DNA from: Podarcis cretensis
Taxonomy: Eukaryota
Direction: 5' to 3'
Assembly (NCBI GenBank): GCA_951804945.1
Contig: OX638156.1
Span: 51,894,001-51,958,000, forward strand
Length of the DNA stretch: 64,000 nucleotides
Positions 11,293 to 24,492 of this stretch are shown here, piece by piece. Made by a program: the position numbers and the translations under genes. How positions within the stretch are numbered: the stretch's first letter is position 1; each line of letters opens with the position of its first letter. The notes beneath the pieces are model-generated. The model was not told the origin of the DNA and ran no database searches. It worked only from the letters and a program-made list of their open reading frames with translations.

Positions 11293-14200
11293 CAACTTAC
11301 CATTTAGGCGAGGTCTTAGTAAAGTTACAGAAATACAGGGTAGTTCAAGGGCATTTAAACCATTTCCCACTTATTTTCCTTCACCTTCCTTAAACTTGGA
11401 TTGCTTTAAAGGAGGATTAAACAAATTTAGGGAAGACAGGACTGTCCATAGCTGCTAGCCATGATTGTTATGTCTACCTTCACTGTCAGAGGCAAGTTGC
11501 CTCTGAATACCAGTTGCTGAGAATCACAGGCAGGAAGAGTGCTGTTGCTCTCAGGTCCTGCTTGTGGGCTTCCCATTGTGGCATCTGGTTGGCTACTTTG
11601 AGAGCAGGGTGGGCTTTAGGCCTGATCCAGCAGGACTTCTCTTATGTTCCTGTGTAAGGAGGAGCATTCAGCCATGCAAGGACTCCACCTGTCATCTGCA
11701 AGTGACACAGTCCAGACACAACATTGCCTCCCCATCTTCTTTTTGTGAAAGCCTCAGCCTGAGATGAACAGCTTTTCCTGGTGTGTTTTGACCTGTGCTG
11801 TCATCACCATGCTTTGAAAATCAGTAGAAACACTTCACCTGATGAGTTATGGGCTTCGAAGCCAGCAACCAATCTGAGCAGCTTATCCAGTAGGCCTTGG
11901 CTGTGGAGTTTATTGCATAATATTGGTTGCTACAAATTATTGAAAGTATGCACACTGGAGACGGGAGTATAAACAAAGCAATGTTACTCTTAACCCCGAC
12001 ATGCCAGTTAACGTAGCTCCTGTCTGATGTCGTTCCATTTTCCAGAAGTTCACTTAGGTCCATCTGCCTGTACTACTAGACACTTTAATTCTTATATTGC
12101 CAGAGCAATCCTCAATGTGTTTGCTCAGAGGTACATCTCACTGAGTTTATTTCCCAGTAAGTGTGTTTATGATGGTAGCCTGTGCCATTTCAAGGCTTAC
12201 CTGGAACCTGCAAGTGTTTTAATACTGCATACAGTTACTGACTCACACCTGTATGCATGAAATAGTTAACTTGAGCCCAGAGCTCAGGTTATAAGTAGGT
12301 GTGGCTTAGAAAGGCTCTCGGCAGGATCTGCTCCCCACCTTTTCAGTCTCTTCCTGCTTCCTGGGACAAGTAAAGAAGGAGCGTGCAGAAAGAGCAGAAA
12401 GATAAAGGGCATTAGCTTCCCCATCAATGGAGGAATGGGCACCACCACACTCATTCACAAGGAAAATTGTGCTGCCCCTCTCCTCAGAGCATAAGGGAAG
12501 GTTGGTGTCCAGTCCTGGCATCCACTGAAATGCAAGCATGTTTAAGGGGACATATTTTAATGTAGGAGAGGCCAAGCCAGGGGAAACAGGAAACTGAGGA
12601 GGAAGAACAAAATGCCCCTCGTGCACTGTGAATTTTTGAGGAGATAGTAACTGAGGACTTTTGTGGAAGTCATCAGTGCCAAATTTAGGGTGGTGTGGGT
12701 GGTTCGCCTCAACAGGGCGCTGAGCTGAGGGGGGCACAAAATAGTAATAGTAATAATAATAATACCTACATTTATATGAGTACCCGATGACAAGATCCAT
12801 AAAAAGCAACTGTACCAAAAGGTATTATTGTGAAAATAGAAATATTTACCGAAGCGCCAAATTTTGTGTTTGCTTAGGGCACCATATTACCAAGGTCCAG
12901 CCCCAAAAGTCATAGGGAAGTACCACTGGGCACCCTGGCACCTGAGGGCCCTGTGTTGTCAACCCCTGTCTAAAATACAAATGAAAGTGATTTGAAATAA
13001 CTGATCCCTCGTTTTTAAAGTACAATGAAAAAATAATAGGAGAGGTTGATTCAAGAGATGTCTACATGTCGGTATCTATATGTGCCATGGCCAATAGATA
13101 ATCCTGTGATGAGAAAGTGGGACAGATTTTGACACCCCGGCCTCCTTTATTTAGGCCTGTACTGTCCTTTTTGGCCAACTGGAGAGCTTTAAAGGAACAG
13201 ATTTTATTTTTGGCCTTTTCCTCTATTGGGGCCCTGAGAAAGAAGCCTTTGATTCTACCTCCTGATGTTATCGGGTAGGAAGCTGCAGTTCTTTGAAGTG
13301 GTTCTATTTAAGGGATTCTCGTTATTATCTTTGAACTATCCGGGGGCTTCCAAGGCTTCGGTCAAAGGCATGTTCTTCCAGGAATATCCTTGCACCATCA
13401 GATTTTGTTTGTGAGGGGGACCCAAACTGGGACTCAGGGGGCAGACTTGAGGAAGGGGCCTGAAAGAGGTTGGACACCAGCCAGGGAAGATGGAGCTTAG
13501 TATCTTTAATTGAGCCAAACACCTTGAAGAAGATGAGAGTTCATTTGTAATTCTTCATGGCTAATTACCATAATGTACTCTATGTGGGGCAGTTTTCAAG
13601 GCAGGGGGGAAATGTTTGGGAACCACTGTTCTGCACCACACTGGAAAACATGCTGCCCTCTCAATGTGCCTTTAGCAAGCCTGAGATCAGACCACAGAGA
13701 GTCACCTCTGGTCAGAGTAGACGTCCATTAGTCTAGATGGACTAATGGTCCCACTCAGTCTGTCTGTTTCATCAGTTCACATGTGTCTCCAGCAGCAGAT
13801 GTCCCTGGGGGAAGCTGAACTCATGACTGGAGAATAGAGGATGATCAGCACATGGCACACATTCCTTTCTCCCATTGTTTATTGCACAGACGAGAAGAAC
13901 GCTCAGGTAGCCTGATTTTCAGGGGGCCTCCCAAAGCCTGGTTTAAATATAAAGGATGCAAAGAAGGATGACGTGTTTTGATTCGTGTATTGTTTCACAA
14001 AGTGTGAATTAAGTTGGTTTGATGCAAACTGAAGTGAAATTCTCCTCCATGGCACAAAGCAGTCTGGATAGAATGGGGGGGGTCTCTTTGGGAGAGGGCT
14101 TGCAGCAGGTCTGCGCCTCTTCCAGGCAGCTCTCTTGTTCTGTGATTTCTCTGTCATTGACCTCTCTTATGGCCCTCTTATTCCCCCATTTTACCTTCAC

Positions 14201-14981
14201 AACAACTCTCTGTGATACATTAGGGAGATAGTGACTGGCCCAAGACCACCCAATGAGTGATTCACAGATAAGATGTGTGATTAGAACTCGGGTCCTTCCC
14301 TAACCTAAGCTTCCTCAATCGAGAACCCTCCAGGTGCTTTGGACTATAACTCCCATCAGCGCCAGTCTACATGGCCATATGATTCTGGGGTAATGGGATC
14401 TGTCCAAATCATTTGGGGTGGGAGCACCAGGTTTGAGAAAGTTGCTCTGTAGGCTGATAGTTGTTCAAGTGAGAGCTTCCCTTCTGCCAGCATTCTGGGC
14501 TTTCCATTGAGTACTAAGTGGAAGCAAATGGTTTAAGAGGAAATTAAATTTACAGCTCTATTTTTTTCTTCCTTTCTTTTAAAAAAATGCATTTTATTGC
14601 TTTGCCTTTGTCATTCCATCAAGGCCAGGAGATAAAGGAATGTTCTGCATTTGTTCCTCATTTAGCGGCCCAGAGGCAAAAAATGAAATAAAAAAGTTTT
14701 AAATAAAAAAAATACCCACCCCACCCCCAGTCACACAATGATGGGGGCATTGCCAAAAACACAATTCCAAAAAGGACAATGGCTACTCTTTGTTGACTAA
14801 GTGCTGTGATTTTCAGACTTTGTAGCTTCAGGGTATGATTTCCACATTGACTTATCTGCTAACAGATATCAGCGGGTCATGGGCGGGGGCCGGGGGAGGA
14901 TTCTGGGATATGGTCCCAGTGTCGTTCTCATACCATGTGAGGAACTAGCCTGGCTTGCAGAGCCTCACGATGCCTATCTGT

Positions 14982-15302
14982 AGCTATGTTCACACCACTA
15001 TGATACCACTTTAACTAGTCATGGTTTCCCCCAAGGAATCCTGGGACCTGTCATTTGTTACAGGTGCTGAGAGTTGTTAGGAGGCTCCCCTATTCCCCTC
15101 ATAGAATTACAATTCCTGGAGTGGTTTAACTATCAGTTCTTGTTCCCAGGTAACTCTGGGGATTGTAGGCCAATGTAGGACTACAGGTCTCCTGACACCT
15201 CTCGGCACCCTTAATAGACTGCAGCTCCCAAAATTCTTTGGATGAAGCCATGGCTGTTTAAAGTGGTAGCATAGTGCTTTGAATGTATAGAGTGAATGTG
15301 GC
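14982..15302. mobile_element. Long palindromic MITE, Harbinger/PIF-like (relatives ~16820-17120, ~22325-22500, ~40260-40445)
   Basis: Arms are imperfect inverted repeats (ttcacacc...gtgaatgtggc). The motif cccaa(a/g)gaat(c/t)ctggga...gtgctgagagttgtt recurs at four or more loci. Confidence 0.6.
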
Positions 15303-16264
15303 CTGTGACAGGGCTGGGTAGCTTGTGGTCCTCCAGATGTTGCAGCACTCCATCTCCCATCATCATTCCTGACCACTGGCCATGCCCCCGGGGCTGGTGA
15401 GAGTTGAAGTCTAGCAGCATCCATAGGGCCAGTGCTGGTTCCAGTGCTTTCAAAGAGCTAGCCTCTTTTTTCTGAAGAAAGGAGCCAGTGCCTTGAATAT
15501 GCTTTGCATTTATCAACTACCCCTTGATTCTAAATGGGGTGCCTATACTAAAGCTACCACCTCAAATTACATTGGAGGCAGGGAGCGAGAATAATTATAT
15601 ACAGAGAACATTTTTTATTCATTTTTAGAAGGGAATCTAAATGTTGCCAAATGATAGATGTCTCCTATTAAAATGTCACAGTATTCATAATGCTTCTTCA
15701 AGAAAATAATGATTTTATTATTATTATTTTTGCTGGGGTGGTGGTTGATAATGGTAGGAGGCCACAGTGGTAGGAGGCCAGCTTGTTTCACTTGCAGACA
15801 GCTGGAGGATTCCTACCCGCCCCCCCCAAAAAAAATCCCTTTGTGGAATAAGCTACTGGATGCACTGCCAGACTCCATGGGAGGTGCTTGTTCACACTGC
15901 TGGGGTGCTGTACCCCACTCTAAAGAGCTTCTCTCATTCCTGTAATGCAAGCCAGGTGTGCTTCATTTCATCTGCTCAGCCTTGGGAGGGTTATGCATGC
16001 AGGTTATGGTGCAGAGAATGAACATCTGGTTGTTCTCTGTCATCGGCATCCTGCTGTTCCAGACACAAAGATGAGACCTAAGGGCAAGGGTTAATTTGAG
16101 CCAGGACTCACCGGGACTTAGACCCAACACATTTCCCCCATGCTTGCAAAAAGAAGAAGCCCTTAGCCCCAGGATTTGTGAAATGACGCTAAATACATGG
16201 GAGTGCCTGAGCATGTGCAAAGTGCATTTTTAAAAACACAGAATGAAAACAAACCCATGCATTT

Positions 16265-16455
16265 GGGATGGTAGATCGTTACCACAGCATCTGTTTTGCA
16301 TGCAAAAGGTCCCAAGTTCAGTACCCCAGCAGCCCCAAGTAGGGCTCAGAAAGAACCCTCTGTCTGCAACCCCAGAGAGCTGCTTCCAGTCGCTGTAGAC
16401 TGTGCTGAACTAGATGGACTCATGGTCTGGCTCTGCATAAGGCAGCTTCCTATGT
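16265..16455 (+). mobile_element. Second tRNA-derived SINE family (copies also ~22500-22630 +, ~30295-30460 +, ~32265-32440 -, ~33835-34100 +, ~39540-39725 -, and split 40450-40506/45206-45330 -)
   Basis: Recurrent sequence GCTCAGTGGTAGAGCATCTGC..GCAGAAGGTCCCAGGTTCAATCCC..GAGAGCTGCTGCCAGTCAGTGTAGACAATACTG..GGCAGCTTCCTATG. Confidence 0.7.
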
Positions 16456-16526
16456 GAAGGAAAGGGCCAGAGTTCAGGGGTAGAACACTTTCTTTACTTT
16501 CAAAAGTTCAATTCTAGCATCTCCAG

Positions 16527-16773
16527 TGAGCCAGTGTGGTGTAGTGGTTACGAGCGGTAGTCTTGTAATCTGGGAAACCGTGTTCGTGTCTCTGCTCCTC
16601 CACATGCAGCTGCTGGGTGACCTTCGGCTAGTCACAGTTCTCTGAAATCTCTCAGCCCCACTCACCTTAAGAGTGTTTGTTGTGGGGGAGGAAGGGAAAG
16701 GAGATTGTTGTCCGCTCTGAGACTCCTTAGGGTAGTGATAAAGCGGGATATCAAATCCAAACTCCTCCTCCTC
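16527..16773 (+). mobile_element. Young tRNA-derived SINE (Squam3-like) with (CTC)n tail
   Basis: A-box TGGTGTAGTGG, B-box-like GTTCGTGTC, simple-repeat tail, CTCCAG TSD at 16521-16526 and 16774-16779. Confidence 0.75.
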
Positions 16774-18017
16774 CTCCAGGTAGGACTGGTCACCTAGCCC
16801 TGATCCAACAGGATTCATCTGGCATACACATTCACCCCATAAACACTTTGATATCACTTCAAACAGTCATGACTTCCCCCAAAGAATTCTGAGACCTGTA
16901 GTTCATTAAGGGTGCTGCTGAGAGTTGTTCGGAAATGCTTGTTCTCCTCCCAGAGGTATAATTGCCAGAGTGGTTTGACCATCAGTCCCTCTTTGCTGTG
17001 GATTTTAGCTCAGGGAGATGAATGGGGGCCTCCAAACTTCTCCCCAGGGTGCTTTGGGGGAAACCATGACTGTCTAAAGTGGTATTGTAGAGCTTCAAAT
17101 GTATAGTGTGAATATGGCCATATTTAAGCCTGGTGATGGCCTTGGCCTAGATCTAAGAAGGAACAGCATGGTGTTTTCCCCATTCACCTCAGTTGCATCC
17201 TGCAGCACACTTGGAGGTTCAGATCACCTCCCAGCCCCCCTATTTGATGAGGAGGAAGAGGGAGGTCTTCTGAGTGCATTGTACAGGAGAGCAAGAGAGA
17301 TGGGCTGCCTTACAGAGCAGCTGGGCGTGGACGCCCACCACGTGGGATGAGGAACGCCTCTGCCCCAGCTCCCGTTCCTCCTTCCCAGCTGTGTCAATAG
17401 ACTCAGAGGAAACAGAGCACTCTGTCTTCTTTTGTTTGGATGGCGGGGCGGTTGGGTTGTGACATTCGCTGGCCAGCAGAGCCACGCGCTGGAGTTGGCC
17501 TGGACAGCTGCGTCCTTCGGGGAGCCCTCGAACAATGGAAACCATAGCTGTGCCGTATAAAGGGGGGGAGGCCCACATATGTTTCATATCTTTACTGCAT
17601 AGAGAGGCGATGCCGGGACATCAAAAGGAGTGCCAGGGTGCAGGATAAGGGCACCACCCCCTCCTACGCATGCACATGCAAAGCTTTCAAACAAACCACA
17701 GGTTGCAGCTGGGTAGGAAGCAGCGGGCAAGGCAAACTTTATAGGGCAGCTGCAACATCGGCTCTCACTGGCCCCACACCTCCCGCTGGTGCTGGTTCAC
17801 CCCTCCTGTTGTTGGTTCTGGCCTCAGATGACTCGGGACGGTTGCGGGCTCTATTGCCCCCTCCCACAACCGATGCAGCAAACTGTTTTTGTGTCTATTT
17901 AAAAATGGCCATCTTTTTTCTTTTGCTTCCAGGTTGCAGCCATTTGAACTTGTGCATCTAACCCAGAAGCAATATGTTGCATGCTTTGGGTGGTGGGCTT
18001 ATGCATTAGAATAATAA

Positions 18018-18156
18018 AATCAAAGAACTGTAGAGCTGGAAGGGACCACGAGGGTCATCTAGTCCAACCCCCTGCAATGCAGGGATATTTTGCTCACTGT
18101 GGGGCTCGAATCCACAACCCTGACATTAAGAGTCTTGTTCTCTACCAACTGAGCTA
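18018..18156 (-). mobile_element. SINE with tRNA-Lys(CTT)-derived head and CR1-type 3' tail
   Basis: Minus strand TAGCTCAGTTGGTAGAGAACAAGACTCTTAATGTCAGGGTTGTGGATTCGAGCCCCAC closely follows vertebrate tRNA-Lys-CTT, then GGTTGGACTAGATGACC...CCCTTCCAGCTCTAC (CR1 tail). Confidence 0.75.
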
Positions 18157-18338
18157 TTAGTTTGTAGGGTGTGCTGGTAACATGGCCAGTCTTAATTTGT
18201 TTTAGTGTGAGGTTGTGGGCAGTGCAGGGGGCATCCTACTAAGGTAGATCGAAATAATTTTGCAATCTGAAAATTTGGGGGGGGCTATTTTGTACACTGG
18301 TCTCCAACTTAGAAATTCTGGCAAACTGAAGGTTTGTG

Positions 18339-18498
18339 NNNNNNNNNNNNNNNNNNNNNNNNNNNNNNNNNNNNNNNNNNNNNNNNNNNNNNNNNNNNNN
18401 NNNNNNNNNNNNNNNNNNNNNNNNNNNNNNNNNNNNNNNNNNNNNNNNNNNNNNNNNNNNNNNNNNNNNNNNNNNNNNNNNNNNNNNNNNNNNNNNNN
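18339..18498. other. Assembly gap
   Basis: N run. Confidence 1.
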
Positions 18499-19819
18499 TG
18501 CCTTGTACAAATAAATGAAGGACTGTGACACGGAAGATGGGGGCAGGCTTGGACAATGTACAGCTGTACACACCACAAGGCTTCCCCCAAAGAATCCTGG
18601 GAACGGCACATTATCCCTCACAGGGGGTTGGACACAGCCCTGCTGGGTTATGAAATGTAGGCTAGGGCTAGAACCAAGGGCTGGAAAATATAGGGAAGTG
18701 GGTTTTAACTCAACATTAGAAGAAATTTCCTAAAGGCAAGAGTTGTTTGACAGTGGAGCAGATTGCCAAGAAGGGGTGGGTCCTCCTTTTCCAGTTGTGT
18801 TTATGCAATGCCTGGCTGGCCACCACTTGGGATACTGGAGTTGCAAGGTTCCTTCACTGCGCCATGGGCTGGATCAGAGGACTTTCATGGCCCCTTCTAA
18901 CTCCAAAATACTATGATTCTATAATTGGAGGGGAAATCCGTTTTCAGGACTGATAACCAGCATATTGCACTTAATGCACAAGTTTACAAATCCATGGTTT
19001 GAATGGTTTCCTGTGTTTCCAGATCAATAAGTTATTTTTCAGTTTTAAACATGGGTTGTTTAGAACATGCAAACATGACCAGGACCATGCATTTTCAATC
19101 TTAGCAGATATGTGGGGGGGGGGGGGGGAAGCAATCCTGGATTGAATAGCAAACCTGAGCAAACCACTATTATCACGTCAATCTCTCCTGCGGAAGCTCT
19201 CCATAGCTGTTTGGACATCTCTGTTTCGACACCAGTCTGTTCAGATTTAGTTATAATCTCCAAATCAGCTGGGCATGCAGCACGGCTGTAATCACGAGCC
19301 CACTTCCCAAAACATAGCACTATACCATGTACTTCCTCTGCTTTCTAAGTTTGGTGTCTGTAATTGCAGCTGAAGGATCCAGGGAGCATCTGGGCTCTGC
19401 CGCTGGCCTTTCAGGGATTAGGGCTTGGCTGGCTAAGTCTCATGCTGAAACCTGGCACTCTGCATCAAGAAAGGGAAAAGGCAAGGGAGAGTGGGGAGAG
19501 AAAAACAGAGATGTTGTATTTGGGGGGCTGTAATTCCCTGCTGAATCTCTTCCAATGAGTCTGCTGTGCACTGCCCGGTCACAGGAACATATCAAAAAGG
19601 GAAACCCTAAATGATTGAGGGGATGGAACAACTGCCCTAAGAGGAAAGGTTGCAGCCAGGCTTGTGCAGAGTGGAGGACAGCTGGGTACCCTTGTCCCAG
19701 GCCTTTGAGGACTACACCAGCCAGGGGCCCCTGCCATGCCTTTTAGGATGAAACTGCAAAGAATCACAGTGGAAGATATAGGACTCCTACCCTGGGCCCC
19801 AGACAAGCTCTGCACAGGC

Positions 19820-20305
19820 CTGGTTGCAGCATTGGGGACTTTTTAGTTTAGAGAAAATATGAGCAAGAAGTGACATGATAAAATTATGCATGGCACAGAG
19901 AAAGTGGATGTAGAAAAGCTTCCCAGCCCCCATAACACCAGTGCTCATGAAGCTGAATGTTGGAACATTTAGGACAGATAAAAGAAAGTGCTTCTTCGTG
20001 CAGTGCATAGGTAAACTATGGAACACTCTCCCACAGGAGGCAGTGATGGCCACCAGCCTAGGTGGCTTTGAAAGAGCATTGGACAAATTCATGGAGGACG
20101 AGGCACCAGGTATGATGTCTGTTCTCTGCCACCATGGTTGGAGGGAGTGATGCTTCTGAATACCAGCTGCTGGAAACCACAGAAGGGGAGGATGCTCTTG
20201 AGCTTGAGTCCTGCCTGAGGACTGCCACAGGCATCTGGATGGCCACTGTGAGAACAGGATGCTGGACCAGATGGTCCATTGGCCTGATCTAGCAGGCTCT
20301 TAGGT
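19820..20305 (+). mobile_element. CR1 LINE 3' fragment
   Basis: Encodes the CR1 ORF2 C-terminus (MKLNVGTFRTDKRKCFFVQ..LWNTLPQEAVMA..GFERALDKFMED) followed by CR1 3' UTR. Confidence 0.85.
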
Positions 20306-20901
20306 GATTATGAAACTGGCCAAAGGACCAAATGGGAAGGCATGAAGGTAGCTAAACAAGGCTGAGTGGAAATGTTTGAGCACTGATAGGACTTTTCAAA
20401 TATCTTCATTGTTTTTTTAATGTTGTTGTTGTTAGCCATCTTAGACTCTTTGCGGTAAGGCAGGGTATATATCTTTTTAATTAAGCAAAACATTGGGGTG
20501 CTTCCATACCTTTGTCAGGTGGGATCCAGTCACATAACGGCAAGTTCAGGTTGCAGAAGATTTTGCGCTCTCGTGTGAGAAAGCTGCTTCCTCAAGAAAC
20601 CGACTTTGCTCAGCTGCAATGTTGTTTCGCCTCCCTGCAAACATGTCAATAAATATCCAATGCTGTTTAACCTCCATCACCACCCCAAAGAAAAACCAAC
20701 AGCTTTTGGACAAACAAGTCAAAATGAACACTCAATAGATAGGTCATCTGGAAGTGACTATGCTTGTTCTCATGCGAGTGTGATGGTGCCACAATTAATT
20801 TGATTGCCTACAAAAAAGTTTTTGCTGAAGGGGTCTTCATGGTTGTAAGCATGAAAGAAAAATTTGCAGCTGTCAAAAAAAAAAAAAAGAAAGGGAGGAA
20901 A

Positions 20902-20944
20902 GAAGGAAGGAAGGAAGGAAGGAAGGAAGGAAGGAAGGAAGGAA
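20902..20944 (+). repeat. (GGAA)n microsatellite following an A-run
   Basis: Read directly. Confidence 0.93.
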
Positions 20945-21219
20945 AAGATTTTGGTGCTATCTCTGCCCTGGTTGCTCTTTGTCGATCTCAATTTAGCAAC
21001 ATGTGGAGAGGAAGATTAAAGGGTGCTGTGTGTTGAGGCTGGAGTCAGAGGAGCAGCAGGTCTCTCCAACTCTATTCCTGCCCCAACAGCTGTTGCTCTG
21101 AGCAGCTACTTCCCTTCCTTTTCTCTGGGGAGCAAAAAAGCTTAATTGAATAACTGCCTCTGAGCACTCTTGGCTTGTTGTTCCGGAGACCGTGTGTCCT
21201 TTTTATGTTTTCACAGCGG

Positions 21220-21244
21220 GGTGTGTGTGTGTGTGTGTGTGTGT
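21220..21244 (+). repeat. (GT)n microsatellite
   Basis: Read directly. Confidence 0.93.
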
Positions 21245-24200
21245 TAGGAATGAGGGAGAAATTTGTTCCCGTTTCAGCACAGGCCTTCCTAATTAGCACT
21301 TCCTGAACCACAAGCAAGGAGAGCACTCAGATCCTGTTTGTGGGCTTCCCTTTGGGGCATCTGGTTGGCCAGTGGGACTAGATGGGCCACTGAACTGATG
21401 CAGCAGGATCTTCTCGTGGTGTTATGTTCCCATAGGCATCCAGGTGGCCACTGTGAGAGTAGGGTGCTGGACTAGACAGACCCTACTTTGGCCTGATCCT
21501 GCTCCAGAGCTCTTCTGATGTTTTGGCAAATAACAGCAAAGGAGGGGTTCTTGCCTTTACATGGTTGGGCTTCGTATTTAGGCATCTGATAAGCTGCTGC
21601 ACAAACACACCGCTGGACTAGTTGGGCTCACATTGGCCTGGTTCAGCAGCCAGGCTCTTCTGAGAAATATCTCATCTTAAAAGGCTTCTAGAAGACAACA
21701 GTCTTCTCAGTAGGCTCTGAAAAAGCAGTAGAGATTGCATGTGTCTAATATTCAAGGGGAAGAAATTCCAGAGGGTAGGTGTCACCATAATAAAGGCCCA
21801 ATTCCTACATTGCGTGGAATAGGCCTTCTGAAATACTGTGTCTGCAGGAGTACCTCAGCTGCACCGCACAGTTTGACAGGGCATAGAAGGGGTGAGACGA
21901 TATTTCAGGTATGTTTCAGATGTTGCACATTTGCTTGAGGAAGTTAGAAAGTAAAGAGGAGACTTTATTTCTGCAGAGAGAGATTTTGGACCCTTCTTGT
22001 GCTTGTTTTGCTCACTTTGTTTACTTAGGCCACATTCATACCATTGTTGGCATTCGTCTGTCATGAGAGATAGTGGAAGAGTGCACCATCAGCGTTAAAG
22101 TCAAACCATTGGAGAGTTACAGCTCCTGCAGCATGGTGTTCCTTTTCTCTGGACTCTAGTCACCGCTGTGGATATATGACCTGTCTGTCTCCAGGCACTG
22201 TGGTTGGCTGCAAGGCTACACATGGGAATCCACATGGCAGGGTTAATGTTGTCAGCATTCATGTCTCATTTGTAAACATCTTTGTAGCACAGAGTTGGTC
22301 TGCCAAAAGGCTTGGTACCTGAGGCCAGCTGCCCATTCATACCATACATACTATGATACCAATTTAAACAGTCACAGCTTCCTCAAAGAATTCTGGGAGC
22401 TGTGGTTTGTTAAGGGTGTTGAGAATGGTTAAGAGACCCCTATATTCCCCTCTCAGAGCTACAGTTCCTAGAGAGGATTGACAATCAATCCCTCTTCACA
22501 GGGTTCAATCCCCGGGCTCTCTGGTTCAGAAAAAGACCTGTTGCCTGACACCACCAGAGAGCTTCTGCCAGTCAGAGTAGACAATGCTAGGCTAGATGGA
22601 ACTTGGTATGAGGCAGGTCCATATGTTGCTTATGCAGAAGGTCCCAGGTTCAAGGCTCAAACTGTAACAAGTGGGAAAGGTTGCAGACTGGGACCCCAGA
22701 GAGCTGCTCTTTATTCAACATACAATCAAAAGTTTGGCTAGAAAGCAGAAGTGGGAGAGTTAACTTTTAATATAAAAAACCACCCCCTCCTTACCTCCCC
22801 ACACATCATTACGACATCCACCCTCCTTCCCCCAACTCTGCTTTGCTACTAGAAATTTTGGGCTGTTTTTTTGACAGTGAAGAGGTACTTAGGGGTCGAG
22901 GCAGGTTTCCCAGAGACTGCTTTGGTTACGTGTGGGTTTGCCCAGCAGGAAGCATCAGGAGGGGAAAGCTATGCCCCCTCTCAGCCTAGTGATATTTTTC
23001 AGACACAACCCCCCTCCCATTCTTCAGCCTGACAGCTGGCAGGCGATTAACTAATGACATAAACATCTCCTTTGCGGCAGCCTTGGCAGCATGTGGGGAA
23101 GTGATTGGTGACTAGGTCTCCATGACAACTGAAGGAAGCCTGGTCAGTCAGATTCTGCTCCCTGATTGTTGCCAGAATCCTTCCCAATGTGATCCGTATC
23201 AATTCTGGTAGCTTTGCAAATTTGCCTTTAAATCTTCATTCGACCAGCCACAGAATTTCAGGACTTGAGGGTTTTTTTGCTGCAAATGAGTTTTTAGAGA
23301 GAGGGAATTCTAACCCCATTGTTAGAGTTCAGCTTCAGTTGTGTCACAGACATGAGCCACACTTAAGCATGGAGGAGGGATTTGTTTGCTCTAATTTGCA
23401 GTTCCGGAACCCAGTCGATGAACCGAAACTCAGCTATCCTCTGAAATTTGCACTTCTCCAAATTTTGTGATTCTGTCCTCCAGTCAAAAGATATGCATTG
23501 TACTAGGAGAAATAGCTTGCAAAAATGTGTTTTAGTCAGTGAAATGCACGTGTAAATGTGTACAAAATGTTGTCTAAAAAACACCCAACAACAACCACTA
23601 CAAACTGATGTAGAAATGGAGAGAATGAAACTTAGGATTCAAACTGTAAGAAACTGAGAGAAACCTGAAATGGCAGATTCATCCATCCATAGCCACAATG
23701 TTGGAAGAAGGGACTTGTGGAAGCTGGCTCTGTCCGCCACCATCCCATCAAGACCCTTCTTGAGGGCTTGCTATTATGCATTGCCTGTGCAGATTGACAA
23801 TGCCTACCACAGCCCTTCTGTCCCATGATTGATTGTCATCTATACAGTGCCTTCAATGTGCAGCTTCGTAGCAATGTGCAGCAATGTGTAGCTTTACAGA
23901 ACCCAAGAAGACAGATCCCTGCCCTGAGCAGCCTGCAAGTCTATGAATTTGAGACATGATAGATGAAAGGCTACATGCATGCTCTTGCATGACACAGACA
24001 TTGTGTAGTAAAGGCAAGTGAGCAGCTGTCAGTACCTGCAAGCATTTGAATAGGCCTGGACATAGAGATCCTCTTTGGTGAGGCTGGAGTTCTAAAACAA
24101 AAGGAGTCAGGGATTATCCCTCTGCCATGAAACCCTTTCTCCAGTGTGGTTGTGGAAGGAAGGAAAGTACTCTGCTCGTGTTCAGAAGCATCATTCTTTA

Positions 24201-24254
24201 TACCTTGTATTTTCTAGGATATCAGGTGTGGGGGGGGTAGAGATCCCCAATGAC

Positions 24255-24492
24255 CATTCATTCATTCATTCATTCATTTAATATACCACCTTTTTCTTCA
24301 AGGAGCTCAGGGTGGCATACATGGTTCCCCCCTTCTAATTTAACCCCTACACAGGAACTCTGTGAGATCGGTTAGGCTGAGAGGCAGCGCCTGGCCTAAA
24401 GTCACCCAGTGAGCATCACAGCCAAGTGGGGATTTGAACCCTGGTCTCCCAGGTCCTAAGCCAACATTCTAACCACTACACCACACTGGCTC
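24255..24492 (-). mobile_element. Older tRNA-derived SINE (MIR/Squam3-like) with (AATG)n tail
   Basis: The reverse complement begins AGCCAGTGTGGTGTAGTGGTTAG and contains GGTTCAAATCC. Fragments also at ~3380-3520, ~14170-14310, ~33430-33550 and ~34930-35040. Confidence 0.7.

Noticed and set aside
11839-11862. CTGATGAG...CGAAG hammerhead-like string
   Set aside because: Stem II pairing is poor, the GAAA box is imperfect, and there is no Penelope-terminus context.
18091-18156. Functional tRNA-Lys gene
   Set aside because: The acceptor stem is missing, stems carry mismatches, and it is fused to a CR1 tail, so it is a SINE head.
18202-18621. ORFs spanning N runs (also 655-870)
   Set aside because: Artefacts of assembly gaps.
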